Source: Candidatus Iainarchaeum sp.
GTDB lineage: Archaea > Iainarchaeota > Iainarchaeia > Iainarchaeales > GCA-2688035
Direction of reading: 5' to 3'
Length of the DNA stretch: 64,000 nucleotides
Assembly (NCBI GenBank): GCA_017610175.1
Contig: JAFCCO010000005.1
Location: 284 to 64,283, forward strand
Shown here: in pieces, positions 8,504 through 19,375 of the stretch
Layout: each line of letters opens with the position of its first letter
Position numbering within the stretch: position 1 is the first letter of the stretch
The notes under the pieces: model-generated
The model's database searches: none
What the model saw: the letters and a program-made list of their open reading frames with translations, nothing else
What the model was told of the DNA's origin: nothing
Program-made: the position numbers and the translations under genes

Positions 8504-10132
8504 ATGAAACCGGATGAAATAAAGCGGCTTCCGGCCGCTGAATCACTGCTTTACGCAGACGGGCTTAAGGAGAACGAGATTGGCAAACCGTTTATTGCGG
8601 TTGCCAACTCATTCAATGAGATAACACCCGGCCACATCCACCTCAACAAGCTTGTTGAGCACGTAAAGCGCGGAATCCGGGAAGTGGGGGCAATTCCCTT
8701 CGAATTCAACACAATTGGGGTGTGCGACGGCATAGCAATGGGGCACGAAGGAATGAAGTACTCTCTTCCAAGCCGTGAAACCATTGCAGACAGCATTGAA
8801 GAAATGGTCAAAGCGCACTCTGTGTTTGAGGGAATTGTTTTCATCGCCGCATGTGACAAGAACATTCCTGGACACCTCAAGGCAGCAGCCAGGCTCAATC
8901 TTCCATCAGTATTTGTTTCAGCAGGGCCAATGGCTCCGGGCGAATACGACGGCAAAAAAATCGGGGTAAAGGCCGCTTTTGAGGCAAAGGCACAGGTTGA
9001 ACTTGGAAAGATTTCAAAGGAAGAATACAAAAAAATTGTATGCAGCGCGTGCCCGGGTGCGGGAACGTGCTCAGGGCTTTATACAGCAAACAGCATGGCT
9101 TGCGTAACCGAAGCATTAGGGCTTTCGCTCCCAATGTGCGCGACCGCAGCCGCACTCTCCGAGGACAAGAACAAAATTGCATACGAAAGCGGAAAACTCA
9201 TAGTTAAACTTGTGAAGCAGGGAATTCTTGCAAGGGACATTATGACCGAGCAGGCTTTTGAAAACGCCCTCCGCCTTGACATGGCAATAGGGGCTTCCAC
9301 AAACACAATGCTTCACGTGCCGGACATTGCAAAAGAGGCGGGCTTTGACTTTAGGCTTGAGCGCATTAATGAACTAAGCGAGGAAACCCCAACCCTTGTG
9401 AAGCTTGATCCTTCATCGGAATTCTTCATGTCCGACCTTCATGAGGCGGGAGGAATTCCGGCGGTAATGGCCGAACTCAAACCAAAGGGCCTTATTCAGG
9501 ACACTGCAACAGTTCAAGGAAGCCTTTTTGACAGGCTTGCAAACGCTGAACTCAAGGACAATAAGGTTATTCGTGCGATTGAAAATCCTTACGACAAAAG
9601 CGGCGGAATTGCAATCCTGTACGGAAACCTTGCGGAACAAGGCTCTGTAATTAAAACAAGCGGAATCTCCCCAAAATTCCCAAAGGTTTTTGAGGGAAAA
9701 GCCGTTGCATTTGATTCAGAGGATGAGGCAAACGAGTTCATCAACTCGGGAAAGGTTGAGAAGGGCTCAGTTCTTGTAATTAGATACGAGGGGCCTGTTG
9801 GAGGCCCGGGAATGCGCGAAATGCTTTACCCAACGGCGGGAATTTCAGGCCTTGGCCTTGACACCAATGTGGCTCTGCTGACAGACGGGAGATTTTCAGG
9901 AGCAACCCACGGCGCTTCAATCGGGCACATTGCGCCTGAAGCGGCAGTTGGCGGAAACATTGCACTGGTTGAAAACGGGGACGCAATCAAAATTGATTTG
10001 GACAAGCGAAGAATAGACCTTCTCGTTGATGAGGCGAAGCTTGCAAAAAGGCGTGAAAAATGGGGCAAGGACTTCAGGCTCAAAGAGCTTCCTGAAGGGG
10101 TTTTAAAGAATTTCCGACAAAGATTTCTATAA
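8504..10132 (+). CDS. ilvD: Dihydroxy-acid dehydratase
   Basis: [34 protein letters not shown] and TDGRFSG motifs; true ATG at 8504. Confidence 0.96.
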   Translation: MKPDEIKRLPAAESLLYADGLKENEIGKPFIAVANSFNEITPGHIHLNKLVEHVKRGIREVGAIPFEFNTIGVCDGIAMGHEGMKYSLPSRETIADSIEEMVKAHSVFEGIVFIAACDKNIPGHLKAAARLNLPSVFVSAGPMAPGEYDGKKIGVKAAFEAKAQVELGKISKEEYKKIVCSACPGAGTCSGLYTANSMACVTEALGLSLPMCATAAALSEDKNKIAYESGKLIVKLVKQGILARDIMTEQAFENALRLDMAIGASTNTMLHVPDIAKEAGFDFRLERINELSEETPTLVKLDPSSEFFMSDLHEAGGIPAVMAELKPKGLIQDTATVQGSLFDRLANAELKDNKVIRAIENPYDKSGGIAILYGNLAEQGSVIKTSGISPKFPKVFEGKAVAFDSEDEANEFINSGKVEKGSVLVIRYEGPVGGPGMREMLYPTAGISGLGLDTNVALLTDGRFSGATHGASIGHIAPEAAVGGNIALVENGDAIKIDLDKRRIDLLVDEAKLAKRREKWGKDFRLKELPEGVLKNFRQRFL

Positions 10133-10142
10133 GGTGAATCAA

Positions 10143-11405
10143 ATGAAACAGACAATAACCGAGAAGATTCTTGCCGCACACTGTGGCAGAGACAGCGTAA
10201 GCCCAGGCGAGCTCATAGAGGCAAACGTAGACCTCTGCTTTGCAAACGATATCACAGCCCCAATTTCAATAAAGGCATTCAGGGAAGCGGGCATTAAAGA
10301 GGTCTTTGACAAGGAAAAAGTTCTCCTGATTCCCGACCATTTCACCCCAAACAAGGACATTAAGGCAGCAGAGCAGGTTAAATTGATGCGCGAGTTTGCA
10401 AAGGAGCAGGAACTTGCAAACTTCTTTGATGTGGGCAGGGTTGGAATCGAACACGTTTTCATCCACGAACAGGGTTTCTCCGTTCCAGGGCAGGTAATTG
10501 TTGGGGCGGACTCACACACATGCACTTACGGAGCACTCGGAGCATTCTCAACAGGAGTTGGCTCAACAGATGTTGCTGCGGCAATGGCCCTTGGAAAGCT
10601 CTGGCTTAAGGTTCCGGAGTCAATGCAGTTCAATTACACAGGAAAGCTCTCAAAATATGTTTCAGGAAAGGACCTTATTCTCTTCACCATCGGCCAGATG
10701 GGGGTGGGCGGTGCGCTCTACAATGCAATGGAGTTCAGGGGCTCCACAATCAGGTCCCTTTCAATGGACAGCAGGTTCAGCATGTGCAATATGGCAATTG
10801 AGGCCGGTGCAAAGAACGGAATAATTGAACCGGACGGCCGCACGCTTTCATATGTTAAGCAGCACTCCAAAAAGAAGTTCAAAACCTACAAGTCTGACAA
10901 GGGCGCAAACTACAGCGACGAGTTTTTCTGGGACGCGTCAGTCATTGAGCCACAGGTGGCGTACCCGCACCTTCCTGAGAACACAAAACCAGTTTCAGAG
11001 GCTTCAGGAATTGAAATTCAGCAAAGTGTAATTGGAAGCTGCACAAACGGGCGAATTGAGGACATGCGCGTTGCCGCAAAAATATTCAAGGGAAAGAAGC
11101 TTGCACCCGGAACAAGGTGTGTAATCCTTCCGGGTTCACAGGAAGTTTATCTTGATTGCATAAAAAAGGGGTTTGTGGAGATATTTGTCAAGGCAGGCTG
11201 TTCCTTTTCAACCCCGACCTGCGGGCCATGCCTTGGAGGGCACATGGGTGTTCTTGCGGCTGGAGAAAAGGCAATCAGCACCACAAACAGAAACTTTGTG
11301 GGCCGAATGGGCCACGTAAAGAGCGAAGTTTATCTCTCCAACCCGGCTGTTGCGGCAGCTTCCGCAATTGCGGGAAAGATAGTGCACCCGGAGGAAATAA
11401 AATGA
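10143..11405 (+). CDS. leuC: 3-isopropylmalate dehydratase large subunit
   Basis: [25 protein letters not shown] and STTNRNF motifs. Confidence 0.95.
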   Translation: MKQTITEKILAAHCGRDSVSPGELIEANVDLCFANDITAPISIKAFREAGIKEVFDKEKVLLIPDHFTPNKDIKAAEQVKLMREFAKEQELANFFDVGRVGIEHVFIHEQGFSVPGQVIVGADSHTCTYGALGAFSTGVGSTDVAAAMALGKLWLKVPESMQFNYTGKLSKYVSGKDLILFTIGQMGVGGALYNAMEFRGSTIRSLSMDSRFSMCNMAIEAGAKNGIIEPDGRTLSYVKQHSKKKFKTYKSDKGANYSDEFFWDASVIEPQVAYPHLPENTKPVSEASGIEIQQSVIGSCTNGRIEDMRVAAKIFKGKKLAPGTRCVILPGSQEVYLDCIKKGFVEIFVKAGCSFSTPTCGPCLGGHMGVLAAGEKAISTTNRNFVGRMGHVKSEVYLSNPAVAAASAIAGKIVHPEEIK

Positions 11406-11896
11406 AGCTCAAGGGAAAAGCATGGTCGTTTAAGGACAACATTGACACAGATGTAATTATTCCCGCAAGGCACCTGGTCACATCAGACCCTGACGAGCTT
11501 GCAGGGTATTGTATGGAGGACATAGATCCGGACTTTGCAAAGAAAATTTCCAAAGGGGACATTATTGTTGCAGGAAAGAATTTTGGATGCGGTTCAAGCA
11601 GGGAACACGCCCCTATTGCAATAAAGCACTTGGGCATTTCATGCGTTATCGCGGAATCTTTTGCAAGAATCTTCTACAGAAACAGCATAAACATGGGCCT
11701 TCCAATTTTTGAGTGTCCCGAAGCCGTTAAGAAAATAAGGGCAGGGGACAAGCTTGAGGTTGATGCCGAAACAGGGATTATCACAAACGTTTCAAAAAAC
11801 GAAACTTACAAGGCACAGGCAATGCCTGAGTTCATAAGAAAAATTATAAAACTTGGCGGTCTAATGGAGTACGTAAAGCAGGAAGTGAAAAAATAA
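11402..11896 (+). CDS. leuD: 3-isopropylmalate dehydratase small subunit
   Basis: [19 protein letters not shown] and FARIFYRN motifs; ATGA overlap with leuC. Confidence 0.95.
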   Translation: MKLKGKAWSFKDNIDTDVIIPARHLVTSDPDELAGYCMEDIDPDFAKKISKGDIIVAGKNFGCGSSREHAPIAIKHLGISCVIAESFARIFYRNSINMGLPIFECPEAVKKIRAGDKLEVDAETGIITNVSKNETYKAQAMPEFIRKIIKLGGLMEYVKQEVKK

Positions 11897-12966
11897 TGGC
11901 CAAGAAATTTAAGATAGCGGTTCTTCCGGGTGACGGAATCGGCGCAGAGATAATGCCTCCCGCAGTTGAGGTTCTCAAAAAAGTTGGCGAAATGTTTTCG
12001 GTTGAGTTTGAATTCACCGAAGCAAAGATTGGATGGGCTGCTTACCCTGAATTTAAGACATGCCTGCCCAAAGAGACACTTGATGTTTGCAAAAACTCGG
12101 ACGTAATCCTTTTTGGGGCAATTGGGGATCCAAAAGCGGACAAGCTTCCGCCGGAGGAAAGGCCTGAGCGGGCGGCGCTTCTCCCCCTTAGAAAGGAGTT
12201 TGACCTTTACGCAAACCTTCGCCCTGCGATGGTGTTCAAATCACTTGCAAATGCATCCCCGCTCAAATCCGAAATAATTGGCGAGGGCTTTGATGTGCTT
12301 GTGGTGCGCGAGCTCACAAGCGGAATTTACTTTGGAGAACCAAAGCAGCTTTCGGAAAGTGAGGGCTTTGATACCATGCGTTACAAAAAAGAGGAAGTTG
12401 AGCGAATTGCAAAGGTTGCTTTCGAAGCCGCAATGAAGCGTTCAAAAAAAGTGCACAGCATTGACAAGTCCAACGTTCTCCAGTCAATGGTCCTTTGGAG
12501 GGAAACTGTCGGAAGCGTTGCAAAGAATTATCCTAAAGTGGAGCTTGAAAACCTTTACGTTGACAATGCGGCAATGCAGCTTGTCAAAAACCCAAAGCAG
12601 TTTGATGTGATTCTTGCGGGAAACCTGTTTGGGGACATCCTTAGCGACGAGGCCGCAATGCTCACCGGAAGCATTGGCATGCTCCCGTCGGCTTCACTCA
12701 ACGAATCAGGCTTTGGCCTTTACGAGCCTGTTCACGGTTCTGCGCCCGATATTGCTGGAAAGAACATTGCAAACCCGATTGCGCAAATTCTTTCAGCCGC
12801 AATGTTATGCAAGTACTCTTTCGGCCTTAACGAGGCGCATGACGCAATCTTTAAGGCGGTTGAATCGGTTCTTGACAAGGGCATTAGAACAGTGGACATA
12901 GCTGCGGGCAATGAGTCTGTTGGAACAAAGGAAATGGGCCAGGCAATTCTCAAAGAATTAGGTTGA
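11896..12966 (+). CDS. leuB: 3-isopropylmalate dehydrogenase
   Basis: PGDGIG, LYANLRP, DKSNVL, NLFGDILSD and EPVHGSAPDIAG motifs. Confidence 0.96.
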   Translation: MAKKFKIAVLPGDGIGAEIMPPAVEVLKKVGEMFSVEFEFTEAKIGWAAYPEFKTCLPKETLDVCKNSDVILFGAIGDPKADKLPPEERPERAALLPLRKEFDLYANLRPAMVFKSLANASPLKSEIIGEGFDVLVVRELTSGIYFGEPKQLSESEGFDTMRYKKEEVERIAKVAFEAAMKRSKKVHSIDKSNVLQSMVLWRETVGSVAKNYPKVELENLYVDNAAMQLVKNPKQFDVILAGNLFGDILSDEAAMLTGSIGMLPSASLNESGFGLYEPVHGSAPDIAGKNIANPIAQILSAAMLCKYSFGLNEAHDAIFKAVESVLDKGIRTVDIAAGNESVGTKEMGQAILKELG

Positions 12967-14025
12967 TTTTTTAGGCCTTGCCCTTTTAGCAATCTTTTTT
13001 CCGCTTCCCTCTGAAATATGTGCCTTTACAAACTTGCGAATCGTCATCTTTCCGCGGGTTGTCTTGAACTTGGTGTTAAAATGTGTGCTGTCAGCTGCAC
13101 TTCTTTTGTGCGCAAACCTCAGCTGCTTTTCGTGGAACACCTGTGGGAAATTTGACTGCCAGCCCGGCTTATGTTTTACTCTGCCTTTTGTGCCCCTTCC
13201 TCTTTTTGTCGGGTCAAAGAGAACAAGTGCGGTTTCGTTTCCAAATGCCTGCTGTGAAATTCTTTTGATTGGGGCCTTTTCCGCTCTTGGAACCTCAAGC
13301 GTTTTAGCCCTTCCAAATGCCTTTTTGAATCTTTCAAATGATTTTGGGACTTCCCTGTAACTGGCGGCGTCAACAAACAAAACAATCGGGTTTGCCCGCT
13401 TCATTATTGAGCTGAATCTTCTTCTAACCGCGCGCGGATCTGTAAACCAGTTTGTAAAATATTCCCTTAGCCCAGGTTCCCCAACCGAAGCCATTTTGTA
13501 ATCGTCAACTGCAAAAACAAAGGAGTCAATTTTTCCCTCTTTCAGTGCCTTGCCTGCAACCTTAAGTGCGGCAGCCTCCCTTAATTGCCTGACAACATCC
13601 CTGGACACCCTTCCAGTCCTTGCCTCTTCATTTGCCTTAGTCCACTCGTGCTGTTTCTTTAATTCCTCAACAGCCCACTTTCTCTTCTTTTTTCCAATTA
13701 CCTGCGCTGAAATTCCCTCTATCGCAGGCTTGTAGATTGAGCCTGTCCGCGCATTGCATATCACAAGCACAGGCCTTTTGTGGTTCCTGCTCAGCGCATT
13801 TGCCGCAAGGTTAACACGCCTTGCTTCTACCGCTGAAAATTTTGCCTGGGCCTCAATTTCCCTTAGTTTAAGTGAGGGGTCAGGTACATTGAATTCGTTT
13901 GGGTTTAGTTTGCGGTCACGCCATATTAGCGTATTTCTTTCCTTTCTGTCTGTAAAAACTAGTCCCGGATTTTTCACTCTTTTTTTTCTCTTTTTGCTTT
14001 GCCTCGGTTTTCTCATCGAACTCAC
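12958..14025 (-). CDS. Basic hypothetical protein (355 aa), translationally coupled to purM
   Basis: Long ORF with K/R-rich N- and C-termini; start overlaps the purM stop. Confidence 0.7.
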   Translation of the reverse strand: MSSMRKPRQSKKRKKRVKNPGLVFTDRKERNTLIWRDRKLNPNEFNVPDPSLKLREIEAQAKFSAVEARRVNLAANALSRNHKRPVLVICNARTGSIYKPAIEGISAQVIGKKKRKWAVEELKKQHEWTKANEEARTGRVSRDVVRQLREAAALKVAGKALKEGKIDSFVFAVDDYKMASVGEPGLREYFTNWFTDPRAVRRRFSSIMKRANPIVLFVDAASYREVPKSFERFKKAFGRAKTLEVPRAEKAPIKRISQQAFGNETALVLFDPTKRGRGTKGRVKHKPGWQSNFPQVFHEKQLRFAHKRSAADSTHFNTKFKTTRGKMTIRKFVKAHISEGSGKKIAKRARPKKST

Positions 14026-15050
14026 TCGATTTTGACGCCTTGGCCCTTTACAGCCTTTCCGATTGCCCAGGCTTCCTCGCCGAGCTCTGTCGCTTTCTTC
14101 AGAACTGCGTTTGCATCGCTTTCACTTACAATCAGAACCATTCCCGAACCCATGTTAAATGTCCTGAACATGTCCTGTTCGGGCACTTCTCCCTTTTCCT
14201 GAATCAGCTTGAATATTTTCTGTGTCCTTAGCTTTTCCTTTTCAATCGCAACACCTATTCCGTCCGGCAAGACTCTTTTGATGTTGTCGAACAAGCCGCC
14301 TCCGGTAATATGCGCAATTCCTTTCAGCTCAAACTCTTTCATCAATGAATTAACCGTTTTGCTGTAAGCCCTGTGCGGTTCAAGCAATGCTTCCCCGATA
14401 CTTTGCTCCATTCCGTCCGGCTTGTCGTTCACATCAAATCCCGCAACCTCAAAGAGCACATTTCTTGCAAGGCTGAATCCGTTTGTGTGAAGCCCCGAAC
14501 TCTTTAATGAAATCAGTACGTTTCCTTCTTCAATCTTTGACCCGTCAACCATTTTGCCCTTTTCCGCAATTCCGGTAATTGCTCCGACAATATCTGTTTC
14601 GTTTTCACAGTATACTCCAGGCATTTCAGCGGTCTCGCCCGCAATCAGTGAAACTCCTGCTTCCTTGCAGGCCCCAGCCATTCCCTTCACAATCTGCTCG
14701 ATTTTTGCGGGCTCAAGCTTGCTGCTTGCAACATAGTCCACAAAAAACCAGGGTTCTGCTCCGCAGCATGCGATGTCGTTGCATGAGTGGTTCACAATGT
14801 CTTTTCCAACCGAATCCCATTTGCTCATTTTGGAGGCAACATTTGTTTTTGTTCCCACCCCGTCAATGCTTGTAATCAGAACAGGATTTTCAAACTCCTT
14901 TAGCTTTGCCGCATCAATGCATCCGCCGAATGCTCCAACGTCAAGCAGCACGTCTTTGGTAAAGGTGCTTTTAACATGTCCCTTAATGCGCTTTACGGCT
15001 TCGTTTCCGGCATCAATGTCCACTCCCGCATCCTTGTAAGTTACAGCCAT
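14022..15050 (-). CDS. purM: Phosphoribosylformylglycinamidine cyclo-ligase
   Basis: YKDAGVDI, DGVGTK, GETAEMPG, SSGLHTNG, HITGGG and TFNMG motifs. Confidence 0.97.
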   Translation of the reverse strand: MAVTYKDAGVDIDAGNEAVKRIKGHVKSTFTKDVLLDVGAFGGCIDAAKLKEFENPVLITSIDGVGTKTNVASKMSKWDSVGKDIVNHSCNDIACCGAEPWFFVDYVASSKLEPAKIEQIVKGMAGACKEAGVSLIAGETAEMPGVYCENETDIVGAITGIAEKGKMVDGSKIEEGNVLISLKSSGLHTNGFSLARNVLFEVAGFDVNDKPDGMEQSIGEALLEPHRAYSKTVNSLMKEFELKGIAHITGGGLFDNIKRVLPDGIGVAIEKEKLRTQKIFKLIQEKGEVPEQDMFRTFNMGSGMVLIVSESDANAVLKKATELGEEAWAIGKAVKGQGVKIE

Positions 15051-15156
15051 TTTAATCATATGAATTAAAACAGGGAACCTTTAAATTGCTTTTCGCGCCG
15101 CTTTATTTCCTACAGAAGTATTATAAACTTAGGACTGCAAATTATTTGTGATTAGA

Positions 15157-15606
15157 ATGCCTTTTTGGAAAAAGAGAGCAAAACCCGCCGCTGACAAAAC
15201 TGCAGCCGCTAAAAAGCCCGCACCCAAACCTGTTGAACCGGCGCCTGTGAAAAAGCGTGCAAAAGTATCTTCAGCTGAAGCGAGTGCTGCTCAACAGAAA
15301 AGAAGGGCGGAGAGTATAGAGGTTGCAAAGCTTAGTGCAAAAGTGCCTGTTTTTGCGGCAGAATGCAAGAGAATCGGTGTTTCCCCTGCACAGGCATTCC
15401 TGAAAGCCCACAATATAATTCTTACCGCAAAGGGAAAGGGTTGGGACAAGCTCAGGGCCCAAATTGCCGACAAGCTTGCGGTGGAAATGATTTCTCTTCC
15501 CGAGGAAAAAGCGCATATGGCCCGCCAAATCGAGGCGCAGATTATTTCGAATTATATTACCCCTCTAATTAAGAAAGGCCTTTTAACCAAGGCAATGCTG
15601 GGCTAA
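15157..15606 (+). CDS. Hypothetical protein with basic Lys/Ala/Pro-rich N-terminus
   Basis: MPFWKKRAKPAADK...; TTATAAA TATA-like box upstream. Confidence 0.65.
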   Translation: MPFWKKRAKPAADKTAAAKKPAPKPVEPAPVKKRAKVSSAEASAAQQKRRAESIEVAKLSAKVPVFAAECKRIGVSPAQAFLKAHNIILTAKGKGWDKLRAQIADKLAVEMISLPEEKAHMARQIEAQIISNYITPLIKKGLLTKAMLG

Positions 15607-15632
15607 ACCGCTTTTTAAAGCCCCGAACTCTG

Positions 15633-15649
15633 CGAAAAGTATTTAAAGA
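15633..15649 (+). promoter_or_regulatory. Archaeal BRE/TATA promoter of the aromatic leader and operon
   Basis: CGAAAAGTA followed by TTTAAAGA (15642-15649); predicted start site falls at about the leader ATG (leaderless mRNA). Confidence 0.65.
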
Positions 15650-15671
15650 ACCTTGCCCTATAATTCACTAT

Positions 15672-15776
15672 ATGGAATGTGCAAACGCATTTATTGGTGC
15701 TGAAACTTTTCTTTTCAAAGTTTGCGCAGCCGTGGGCAAGTACTTTGCTTATTGGTATTTTTATTTTTTTGAGTAG
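15672..15776 (+). CDS. Phe/Tyr/Trp-rich leader peptide of the aromatic amino acid operon (34 aa)
   Basis: MECANAFIGAETFLFKVCAAVGKYFAYWYFYFFE*; 9 of 10 consecutive codons aromatic (4 Tyr, 4 Phe, 1 Trp); ends 104 nt before tal. Confidence 0.88.
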   Translation: MECANAFIGAETFLFKVCAAVGKYFAYWYFYFFE

Positions 15777-15831
15777 GCACCAGGCTACTCTCTGTTTTTA
15801 GCTTGGTTGCCAGGACTAACAAACGGAGAGT
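15771..15831 (+). promoter_or_regulatory. Putative attenuator: alternative RNA hairpins downstream of the aromatic leader
   Basis: GAGTAG/CTACTC (15771-15790); GCACCAGGCTA/TAGCTTGGTTGC (15777-15810); about 20-bp stem ACTCTCTGTTT...AAACGGAGAGT (15787-15831); the stems overlap one another. Confidence 0.7.
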
Positions 15832-15880
15832 TCACACTATAAAAATTTGATAGGGAAAAAAAGTTGGAGCGTGAAAAAAA

Positions 15881-16537
15881 ATGGAAATTTGGGTTGACAG
15901 TGCGGATATTGGTGAAGTAAAAAGAGTTCATGAACTTGGAATAGTTGACGGGGCAACAACAAACCCTTCCCTTTTTGCAAAGCAGAAAAGCAAGGATTTC
16001 AAGGGGGTTGTGAAGCAGATTGCTGACATAGTTAACGGGCCGGTTTCGGCAGAGGTTGTCGCAACAGATTTTGAGGGAATGGTGAGGCAGGCTGAAATTG
16101 TCTCAAAAATCCACAAAAACGTTGTAGTGAAAATTCCATGCATTCCTGACGGGCTCAAAGCCGTAAAGTACTGCAGTGACAACGGAATCAAGACAAATTA
16201 TACCCTGACCTTTTCCGCAAACCAAATTCTTCTTGCTGCAAAAGCGGGAGCAACCTACACAAATGTATTCATTGGCAGGTTGGATGACGCAGGGCACAGC
16301 GGAATGGAGGTTGTAAGGGAAGCAATGCAGATTCTGAACAACTACAAGTTTGAAACAAAACTAATTGCGGCCTCAACAAGGCACCCTTTGCACATTAAGG
16401 AAGCGGCTTTGCTTGGATGCCATGTGGCAACAGTTCCGCCCGCATTAATTGAAAAGCTAATAAAGCACCCGCTAACCGACGCAGGGCTCAAGCAGTTCCT
16501 TGCAGACTGGGAGAAATGCGGCTGCAAAATTGAGTGA
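15881..16537 (+). CDS. tal: Transaldolase (short TalC/Fsa family)
   Basis: GATTNPSL, SAEV, VKIP and FIGRLDD motifs (Glu/Phe pattern of transaldolase rather than Fsa). Confidence 0.92.
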   Translation: MEIWVDSADIGEVKRVHELGIVDGATTNPSLFAKQKSKDFKGVVKQIADIVNGPVSAEVVATDFEGMVRQAEIVSKIHKNVVVKIPCIPDGLKAVKYCSDNGIKTNYTLTFSANQILLAAKAGATYTNVFIGRLDDAGHSGMEVVREAMQILNNYKFETKLIAASTRHPLHIKEAALLGCHVATVPPALIEKLIKHPLTDAGLKQFLADWEKCGCKIE

Positions 16538-16547
16538 GTGATTTAAA

Positions 16548-17621
16548 ATGGGGCTTGCTGAGAAAAGAAAAAAGATAGATTCAATTGACGAGAAGGTTCT
16601 TAACCTGCTTAGCCAGCGGGCTAAAGTTGCACAGGAAGTTGCAAAGGAAAAGGGCAAGAGCGGGACACAAATTTATGTGCCCGAGCGGGAAAGGTCGCTT
16701 CTCGAAAACCTTGTGAAGAAAAACAAGGGTCCGTTCAGCGGCAAGGCAATTGATTCAATTTACCGCGCAATAATTTCCGAGTGCCGTGCACTGGAAAGTT
16801 CAATGAAGGTTTGTTATCTTGGCCCTGCAACAACATTCACGCACATGGCTGCGATAAAGAACTTTGGAAACTCAACCGAATTCATTCCAAAGGACAGCAT
16901 CTCAGACGTATTTCACAATGTGGAAAAAGGGGTTGCAGATTACGGTGTTGTCCCGGTTGAAAACAGCACAGAGGGCACAATTAACCACACGCTCGATATG
17001 TTCATTGATTCGGAGCTAAACATTGTGGCAGAAATCGTTCTTGACATAAAGCACTGCCTGCTTTCAAACCACAAGCTTAAGGAGATTAAGAAGGTGTACT
17101 CAAGGCCCACGGCCCTTGCGCAGTGCCGAAACTGGCTTGCGCAGAACCTGCCAAAGGCGGAACTTCTTGAGTCAAGCAGCACCGCAAAGGCAGCGGAATC
17201 AGTTACCCTGTACCACAGCAGTGCGGCAATTTCCTCAGAGCTTGCGGCAAAGGAATTCGGGCTTGACATTCTTGCAAGAAACATTCAGGACAACCCATAC
17301 AATGCCACAAGGTTCTTTGTGGTTGGAAAAACCAAGCCAAAGAAGGCAAACAAGAACAAGACAAGCATAATGTTCTCAGTAAAGCACGAGCCCGGCTCAC
17401 TTTTCAGGGCGCTAAAGTCTTTTTCGGACGGGAAAGTAAACATGACCAAAATTGAGTCAAGGCCAACCCGCAGGAAAGGCTGGGAAGTCGTGTTCTTCAT
17501 AGATTTTGAGGGGCACTTAGAGGATGACACAGCCAAAAAAGTGCTCGCAGACATGCAGAAGAACTGCTTATTTGTAAAAATACTTGGCTCATACCCTATG
17601 GAGGTAAGTGTCAGTGAGTAA
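16548..17621 (+). CDS. pheA: Chorismate mutase / prephenate dehydratase (P-protein)
   Basis: N-terminal AroQ domain, [11 protein letters not shown] and ACT-domain KIESRP motifs. Confidence 0.95.
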   Translation: MGLAEKRKKIDSIDEKVLNLLSQRAKVAQEVAKEKGKSGTQIYVPERERSLLENLVKKNKGPFSGKAIDSIYRAIISECRALESSMKVCYLGPATTFTHMAAIKNFGNSTEFIPKDSISDVFHNVEKGVADYGVVPVENSTEGTINHTLDMFIDSELNIVAEIVLDIKHCLLSNHKLKEIKKVYSRPTALAQCRNWLAQNLPKAELLESSSTAKAAESVTLYHSSAAISSELAAKEFGLDILARNIQDNPYNATRFFVVGKTKPKKANKNKTSIMFSVKHEPGSLFRALKSFSDGKVNMTKIESRPTRRKGWEVVFFIDFEGHLEDDTAKKVLADMQKNCLFVKILGSYPMEVSVSE

Positions 17622-18429
17622 AAGCATTGCCGAGCTTGGAGAAATTTCCAAAACGGTTCGCCGTGAAATCCTTAAAATGATTACAAAGGCGGGAAGCGGC
17701 CATCCGGGCGGCAGCCTAAGCTCAACCGATTTGGTTGTAGCGCTTTACTTCTCCAAGATGAAGCACGATTCAGGCAATCCAACAGACCCTGAGAGGGACA
17801 AGTTTGTTCTAAGCAAGGGGCATGCGTGCCCGCTTTTGTACGCGGTGCTTGCGGAGGCGGGATACTTTCCCAAAGAAGAGCTTTCATCGCTTAGAAAACT
17901 CGGTTCAATTCTGCAGGGGCACCCCGACAGGAACAAGGTTCCGGGAATTGAGGCTTCAACAGGAAGCCTTGGCCAGGGGCTAAGCATTGCAAATGGAATA
18001 GCGCTTGCCGACAGGCTTGATAAAAGAAACTCAAGAACCTACTGCCTTCTTGGCTGCGGTGAATCGCAGGAAGGGCAGGTTTGGGAGGCCGCAATGGCTG
18101 CGGCACACTACAAGCTTGATAACCTTTGCGCAATAATTGACAAAAACAACCTGCAAATAGACGGCAAAACATGCGAGGTAATGAACATCGAGCCTGTTGC
18201 TGAGAAATGGATGGCCTTTGGCTGGAATGTTATTGAAATTGACGGCCACAACTTTGGCGAAATACTCAAGGCATTTGATGAGTCCAAAAAAGTCAAGGGA
18301 AAGCCCACGATGATTGTCGCAAAAACCGTTAAGGGAAAGGGCGTTTCGTTCATGGAAAACGTCTGCGGTTTCCACGGGAAGGCATTAACCGAGGAAGAGC
18401 TTGCAAAGGCAGTGGAGGAACTCAAATGA
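17614..18429 (+). CDS. tkt: Transketolase N-terminal subunit
   Basis: [25 protein letters not shown] and EGQVWEA motifs (GCGE in place of GDGE). Confidence 0.94.
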   Translation: MSKSIAELGEISKTVRREILKMITKAGSGHPGGSLSSTDLVVALYFSKMKHDSGNPTDPERDKFVLSKGHACPLLYAVLAEAGYFPKEELSSLRKLGSILQGHPDRNKVPGIEASTGSLGQGLSIANGIALADRLDKRNSRTYCLLGCGESQEGQVWEAAMAAAHYKLDNLCAIIDKNNLQIDGKTCEVMNIEPVAEKWMAFGWNVIEIDGHNFGEILKAFDESKKVKGKPTMIVAKTVKGKGVSFMENVCGFHGKALTEEELAKAVEELK

Positions 18430-19370
18430 CCGACGCGATTGCAACAAGGGAAGCCTACGGAAACACTCTTGCGGAACTTGGCGAAAAAAACAGGGCCATT
18501 GTTGTGCTCGACGCCGACTTGAGCAAGAGCACAAAGTCCGCAACGTTTGCGGCAAAATTCCCCGAACGATTCTTTGATGTGGGGGTGGCCGAGGCGAACA
18601 TGGTTGGAATTGCGGCAGGTTTTGCCATTGCGGGAAAAATTCCTTTCGCAAGCAGTTTTGCGGTTTTCGCAACCGGTCGCGTATTTGACCAGATTAGGGT
18701 AAGCGTTGCATACAGCAACCTAAACGTGAAAATTGTGGGTTCCCACGCCGGCCTTGCGACAGGGGAAGACGGAGCAACACACCAGGCAACAGAGGACATT
18801 GCATTAATGCGCTCTCTTCCAAACATGTCCGTGATTTCACCGGCTGACGGGGTTGAAACAAGGCTTGCGGTTGAATCAATGGCTGCAAACCCAGGTCCTG
18901 TTTACCTGCGCACCTCCCGTTTGAAAACTCCCGCAATATTTGATGAAAGTTACAATTTTAAGATTGGAAAAGGGACAATAATAGGGGACGGTTCGGATGT
19001 TTCAATTATTGCAACAGGAATAATGGTTTCAAAGGCAGTTGAGGCCGCTGAATTGTTAAAGAAAAACGGCATAAGTGCACGCCTGATTAATATGGCAAGC
19101 ATTAAGCCGCTTGATGAACAGCTTGTTCTCAAAGCCGCAAAGGAAACTGCAGGGATTGTTTCCTGCGAAGACCACAGCGTGATTGGGGGGCTTGGCTCTG
19201 CAATAGCAGAAACCATTTCCGAAAAGCATCCTGCAAAACTTCATCGCATAGGCCTTAATGATAAATTCGGTGAGTCGGGAAAACCTGACGAACTTTACAA
19301 AAAATTTTCAATGGATGCGGCTGCAATAGCCGCATCTGCAAAAAATTTGCTGAACAAAACCGGGGAGTGA
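18426..19370 (+). CDS. tkt: Transketolase C-terminal subunit
   Basis: [20 protein letters not shown] and [10 protein letters not shown] motifs. Confidence 0.94.
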   Translation: MTDAIATREAYGNTLAELGEKNRAIVVLDADLSKSTKSATFAAKFPERFFDVGVAEANMVGIAAGFAIAGKIPFASSFAVFATGRVFDQIRVSVAYSNLNVKIVGSHAGLATGEDGATHQATEDIALMRSLPNMSVISPADGVETRLAVESMAANPGPVYLRTSRLKTPAIFDESYNFKIGKGTIIGDGSDVSIIATGIMVSKAVEAAELLKKNGISARLINMASIKPLDEQLVLKAAKETAGIVSCEDHSVIGGLGSAIAETISEKHPAKLHRIGLNDKFGESGKPDELYKKFSMDAAAIAASAKNLLNKTGE

Positions 19371-19375
19371 TGACA

